From the NCBI GenBank assembly GCA_004431415.1, contig QPMI01000076.1:1-49792 (forward strand): a DNA stretch of 49,792 nucleotides, written 5' to 3'. The DNA is from Cyanophora paradoxa CCMP329 (lineage: Eukaryota > Plantae > Glaucophyta). The notes below the pieces were generated by a model. It saw nothing but the letters and a program-made list of their open reading frames with translations, was not told the DNA's origin and searched no databases. Shown piece after piece: positions 45,101-49,792 of the stretch; position 1 is the first letter of the stretch, and each line of letters opens with the position of its first letter. Position numbers and translations under genes: made by a program.

Positions 45101-47326
45101 GGACGAGGAGGAGCAGGGCGAGGAAGAGGAGGAGGAGGAGCAGGGGGGGGAGGAGGAGGAGGATGGCCGCGCGAGCCGGCGCGCGCCGCGGCGGCGGCCG
45201 AACCCTGCGATGGCGGAGGCGGCCAAGGCGCGGGCGGCGCTGGCGTCGGGGCGCGGCCCCGTCATCCCGTCCGTCTCCACCATAGACGCCGACGGCGACG
45301 GCGCCGGCGTCGGCGCCGGGGCCGAGTCGTCGTCGCCCAAGCGGCTGCCGTCGCCGGGGCCGATGCCTGCGCCGGGGCCGGCGCCGGCGCCGGAGAAGAA
45401 GCGGCTGACGACGCGGCTGCTGCGCCAGGCCACCTTCCAGATGGAGAAGGAGCGGGCGACTCTGAAGGCGGCGCAGCGCATGCGCGCCCAGGAGCTCGCC
45501 GCCGCCTCGGCCGCCGAGGCCCGGCGCCTGTCCGGCCAGGACGGCGAGCTGCTCGCGCCTCCCGAGCCCCGCGGGGACCGCCGGCCCTCCGACTCCTCCG
45601 GCAACGCCGCCTCGGGCAACGCCGTCTCGGGCGCCGTCTCGGGGGCGGTGTCGGCGGCGCGCGAGTCGGGAGAGGGCGGGGACGCGGCGGACGAGCAGGA
45701 TGCAGCGGACGCGGCGGTGGCGGCGGCGGCGGCGGCGCTGCTGCACGGCGGGCCGGCGGCGGCGGCGGCGGCGGCCGTGCAGGCCGTGGCGCAGATGGAG
45801 GAGGCCGAGGACGACGACGAGGGCGACTACGACGCCGACGCCATCACGCGGTGCGCGCGCGCTGTTGGCGCACAGGAGAAAGAAAGAGAGAGGCTGGCGG
45901 CTGAGCATCCAGCAGGTGGATCCAGCAGGCGCGGGAGGCGCAGGAGCGGGGCGTCGCGGAGGACGCGGAGGGGCTCCTGCTGCAGCCCTCACACTTTCGC
46001 GACGAGAACGAGCGCGCCCGCTACCTCGCCGAGAACGAGCGCCGCCGCGCCGCCGCCGCCGCCTTCGCCGCCGGCGGCACGCAGCGCCGCATCCCGTCGG
46101 GGGCCCTCGGCGCGCCCTCGTTCAGGCGCAAGAAGATCCCGTCCGGAACGCTCAGCGGGAAGAAGATACCCTCGGGGGCCCTCGGGGGGTCCCACATCCC
46201 CTCCGGCTCCCTCGCCCCCCCCACCGGCGGCCGCAACAGCCGCCGCCGCGGCTCCATCGGCGTGCGTTGTCGCATACTCCGTCCCGGCGCCCCGCCGCTC
46301 CGTCGCCGACGCGGGCGCCGCGCAGAGGGAGAGTGCGGGGGCGGACCTGCCGGACGGGGGCGACCTGCTGCTCGCGCCCCCCCAGACCGGCCGCCGCCGC
46401 AAGTCCCTCGGCGACGTGCGTACCCCGCCCCCCCCCCCCCTCCCTCCGACGCGCCGCGCAGCCGGAGAAGGATGCGGCGGCGGCGGCGGCGGCGGCGGCG
46501 TCGACGGCGGCGGGCGGCTCGTCCGGCCTCGCGGAGACGCTGGCGGTCCGTCGGGGAGCACGCGCCAGCGCCGGCGCTCCATCGGCGACGTGCGCCAGTG
46601 CCGGCTCCTTTATCTAGCTGTCTATCTATCTTTCCATCTATAATCAACTGGGATCTTAAGCTCTCTTTATCTTAGCTCCCATTATCTCGGATTTGCTAGA
46701 GCCCTAGCTGCTTGGGCGGCGTGCGCCGCCTGCTCATCCTCTATCTTCGGCGGCCCCGACGCCGCCCCGCCCCGCCCCGCCCCGCCCCGCCCCCGCCGCC
46801 GACGCGCCGCCCGCGCAGAGCTCGGCCCACGCGGTGGCCGTCAACGCGCTCGGCGGCGGCCTCAACAGCGCCCGCAAGTCGGTGCGCAGGCGCCGCCTTC
46901 GAGGCTCCCCGCGCCCGCTGACGGCGCGCAGGCGAGCTCGGCGTCCGGGTCGGCGCGGGGCCCGCACGTGCGCTCCGTCGGCCTTGTGCCGAGTTCGAGC
47001 CGCTCGCCCGCCGCCCGCGATCGCCGAGGAGGGCGGCGCCCTCCTCCGCTCCCGCCCCCTCCTCGCACCGCCTCGGCACGGCGCCGCGCACGGGCGGCGA
47101 GGACAGCAGCGACCCCGCCGTGCGCGAGGCGCTCGCGGCGGCGGCGGCACAGCAGCACCCCCACCACCACCTGCACGGCGGGAAGCCGCGGCGGAGCGTG
47201 GAGGAGCGTGCCGCGGACATCGCCGCGAAGGCCGCCGCGGCGCACTACGTCCGGACGCTCGTTGGCGAGCTCCGCGTCCGCAAGCCGGCCGTCGGCAAGT
47301 CCATCCTGAAGGGCGGCGGCGCCAAC

Positions 47327-47357
<31 letters not shown>

Positions 47358-49676
47358 GCGGCGGCGGCGCGGCGGCGGCCGGCGGCGCGGGGAGGCGCAC
47401 CGGCGGAGGAGGATGCGGCAAAGGCGGCGGACGAGGCGGAGGCGGCCGAGAAGGCCAAAGAGGAGTCGAAGCAGAAGAAGACGCGCGGGGAGCTGAGCAT
47501 GCGCGACGCCTCTTCCTCCGCATGACCGCAAGCGCGCCCTCCCGCTGTCCCTCGCCCGCCCGCCCGCCCCTCCTCCTCCTCACGCCTTGCGGCAGCTACG
47601 GGATCGCGCTGGCGGTGATCGCGGCATGGCGGTGGCGGCCTTCGCCGTCGGGCTGCTGAACATGGAGAACGGGCGCTCACCAGCGCGGAGATCAATTTCG
47701 GAGGGAAGAGGCAGCACCTGGCCCTCGAGGCGGCCTCTGGCCCGCGAGCTGATCGTCGACGACGCGGCATCGCGCCGCGCGCCGCCGCCTTCGCGCGCCT
47801 CCGCGCCCTCGACGAGCTCGCCCAGGTCCGTACACGTATGTATTCTAGGAATTAGAGCCTAGATCAGACCGACGAAGGATGCTACGGAATCGGGCTCTAA
47901 TCTAGATCTAGAATCACAAGATCTTGTGGATCTAACTAACGAGCGCCCAGGTCCAGCGCGCCATCAAGTACGGCAACGACACCCTGCTCCTCCGGTGCGC
48001 GCCCCGGCTTCCTAGGCTCGGCGCTACGCTTTGGCTCACTCGCGGGCGGGCTGTGCTTTGCTACGCTTTGCTTTGCTCCGCAGGGCGCGGACGGCGGTAC
48101 GAGCGGCAGGAGGTGCTCATGTACAAGCCGGCTGCGTGCTCCTCGACGCGGCGATGTGCGACTCGGCCACTTCTCCGACACGAGGCGAGCCAGCGCCCGC
48201 CCGCCCACCGCCCGCCGCCCACCGCTCAGACCGAACGGAGCTCAAGTAGCTTCCTAAGAAGAACGGAGCTGTCTAACTCCAGTCTCTTACTTATCACTAA
48301 CTAAGAAGAAGAGGAACGCCCCCCCCCCCCCCCCCGCCCGCCCGCCCGCCCCCGCCGCCCTACTAATCTCACCATCGAATCCGCGATCCGACCGGTTCAC
48401 CGCCCGGCCCCGCCGCAGCTGTGGACACGGGCTCGACTCGCTGGTCGACGGCGTCATCGAGATCGCTCTGGAGGTGGCCCAGGAGGCGCCCCGACTCCTC
48501 GTCGGTGCGGGGTACCCGCCCCGCGCAGCGAACACGTGCGCGCGTGCCCTCTCTCCCTTCGTTCTCGTACCCGTCTTAGCCGTTCCGCTTGTTTGCCTTG
48601 CCTCCGGGCTTCGCGGCGGCGTCGGCCTCGGAGACGATGCGAGAGCTCCTGACGGCCGCCTCCCTCTACCTCGTGCGCCGCTCCCCCCCCCCCCCCCCCC
48701 GCCCCCCGCCGCGCCGCCGCCGCCACCGCCGCCGCCGGCCCTTGAGCCTCGGGCCTTCATCATACAGTATCACAAGCTTCACATATTCACATATTCACCA
48801 ACTTCATACTAGATCACAAGCTCATTAGCAACTAGCTTCTAAGTAGCCGTGGGCCTTCATCATACAATATCACAAGCTAGCTAAGCTAGGCAGCTTCTGT
48901 GGGTGTTTCTGAGGGCGCGGGCGGGGGCGCAGGACGAGGGGCTGGCGCGCTCGAACGCACTCTTCCGCGACGAAATCGTCGAGAGCTCGCCGTGCGCGCC
49001 GCCGCCGCCCTCCCTCCACTGCAGCTGACGCCCGATCGGCCGGGCAGGTGGCGCTGACGACGGAGGGCATCATCTTCGGCATCCAGATCGCCGTCCTCGT
49101 CCTCTCCTACCTCGTGTGCGCCCGGCCGCGGGCGGGCCGACGTATATAAGTCAAAAGGAAGATCTCATAGGCCTCTAACATCTAGAGTGTACCTCCTCGT
49201 GTGTGCGCCCGGGCGGGCCGGGATCCAGGGTTGTTGTGGGATCTAGATTCTAGAATCGATAGAATCCCTATTAGAGCATCTAGTGGGATCTAGACGTGAG
49301 ATATATATATCCGCCCCCCAACCCCCTTCTGAAGGCGCTTGCGTGCAGCTTCAACCCGATGGTCAAGCGGCTCCGCGAGGAGGGCAGTGCGTCCTCTACC
49401 CCCCCCCACCTCCACACACACAGCACCCTCCATCCCCCCCCCGCCCCCCCCGCCCCGCTCCGGGCGCCTCACCTCGTGCGGGGCCGCAGACCGACGACGC
49501 AGCTGCTCATGACCATCCGATCGAGATCATCCAGAGCGTCAAGGTAAAGCCCCCCCCCCCCCCCCCCCCCCCTTCTAATAATATAATATATCCAAGGGCG
49601 CCGCCGACGGTTTTTTGATGCGCGCGCCCCTGCGCAGGCCCTGCACACCTTCTTCGGCCAGCACGACAACATCTAG
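39135..49676 (+). CDS. TmcB/TmcC (tiny macrocysts)-like multi-pass membrane protein, many exons
   Basis: N-terminal TM block (MVDYLQLLALL, RRPNGRYDLLYL); TPR-like region (EVATRFL, QYPKSAYLQLGYAIF, PSFDVRF, FSNSKVLLRSYGAFLADV); later TM pairs; typical end FNPMVKRLREE...LLMTIPIEII...ALHTFFGQHDNI* (TAG 49674-49676). Confidence 0.8.
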
Positions 49677-49792
49677 TAGCGGCGCCTACCCGGCGAAAGA
49701 GCCCGGAGCATCGACGAGTCAACGATGGCGACCGACGATGGGCCCCTGCTCAGAGAGCTGAACGCGCGGCCCGGCCGACTACGCAGGCCAGG

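Noticed and set aside
35479-47770. Numerous long Arg/Gly/Pro-rich ORFs on both strands
   Set aside because: Shadow frames of very GC-rich exons and introns of the B-box and TmcB-like genes.
16758-49792. Assigning the host species (style is reminiscent of a glaucophyte such as Cyanophora)
   Set aside because: Based only on GC content, intron density and gene families; no marker gene in the window to support it.

Overview
Two-part window from a GC-rich, intron-dense unicellular eukaryote. Positions 1 to ~16.4 kb are the right-hand portion of an integrated DNA-virus-like element. It is gene-dense and almost intron-free. It encodes a HUH (rolling-circle) endonuclease, small membrane proteins, a penton-like protein, a ~1,800-aa tape-measure/fibre-like protein, C1q- and Fn3/LamG-tipped surface proteins, a tandem paralog pair and a degenerate HNH protein. 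Twelve of its start codons share one upstream motif (W-rich TC[T/G/C]-N12-18-ATG). It ends in three telomere-like (TGGGACT)n arrays, each fused to a conserved flank, arranged as both inverted and direct repeats. This gene set best fits an endogenous Mriyavirus-like (Yaravirus-related) virus, but the capsid and packaging ATPase genes that would prove it are not in this window. Positions ~16.4-49.8 kb are host DNA: an unknown spliced gene, a 354-bp CACTA MITE whose empty site has a paralog in the same window, a full-size ABCG/PDR transporter (-), a double B-box coiled-coil gene (-) and a TmcB/TmcC-like membrane protein (+), with frequent GC-AG introns. Many single-base frameshifts fall in homopolymers and look like long-read errors, so exact CDS ends are approximate.
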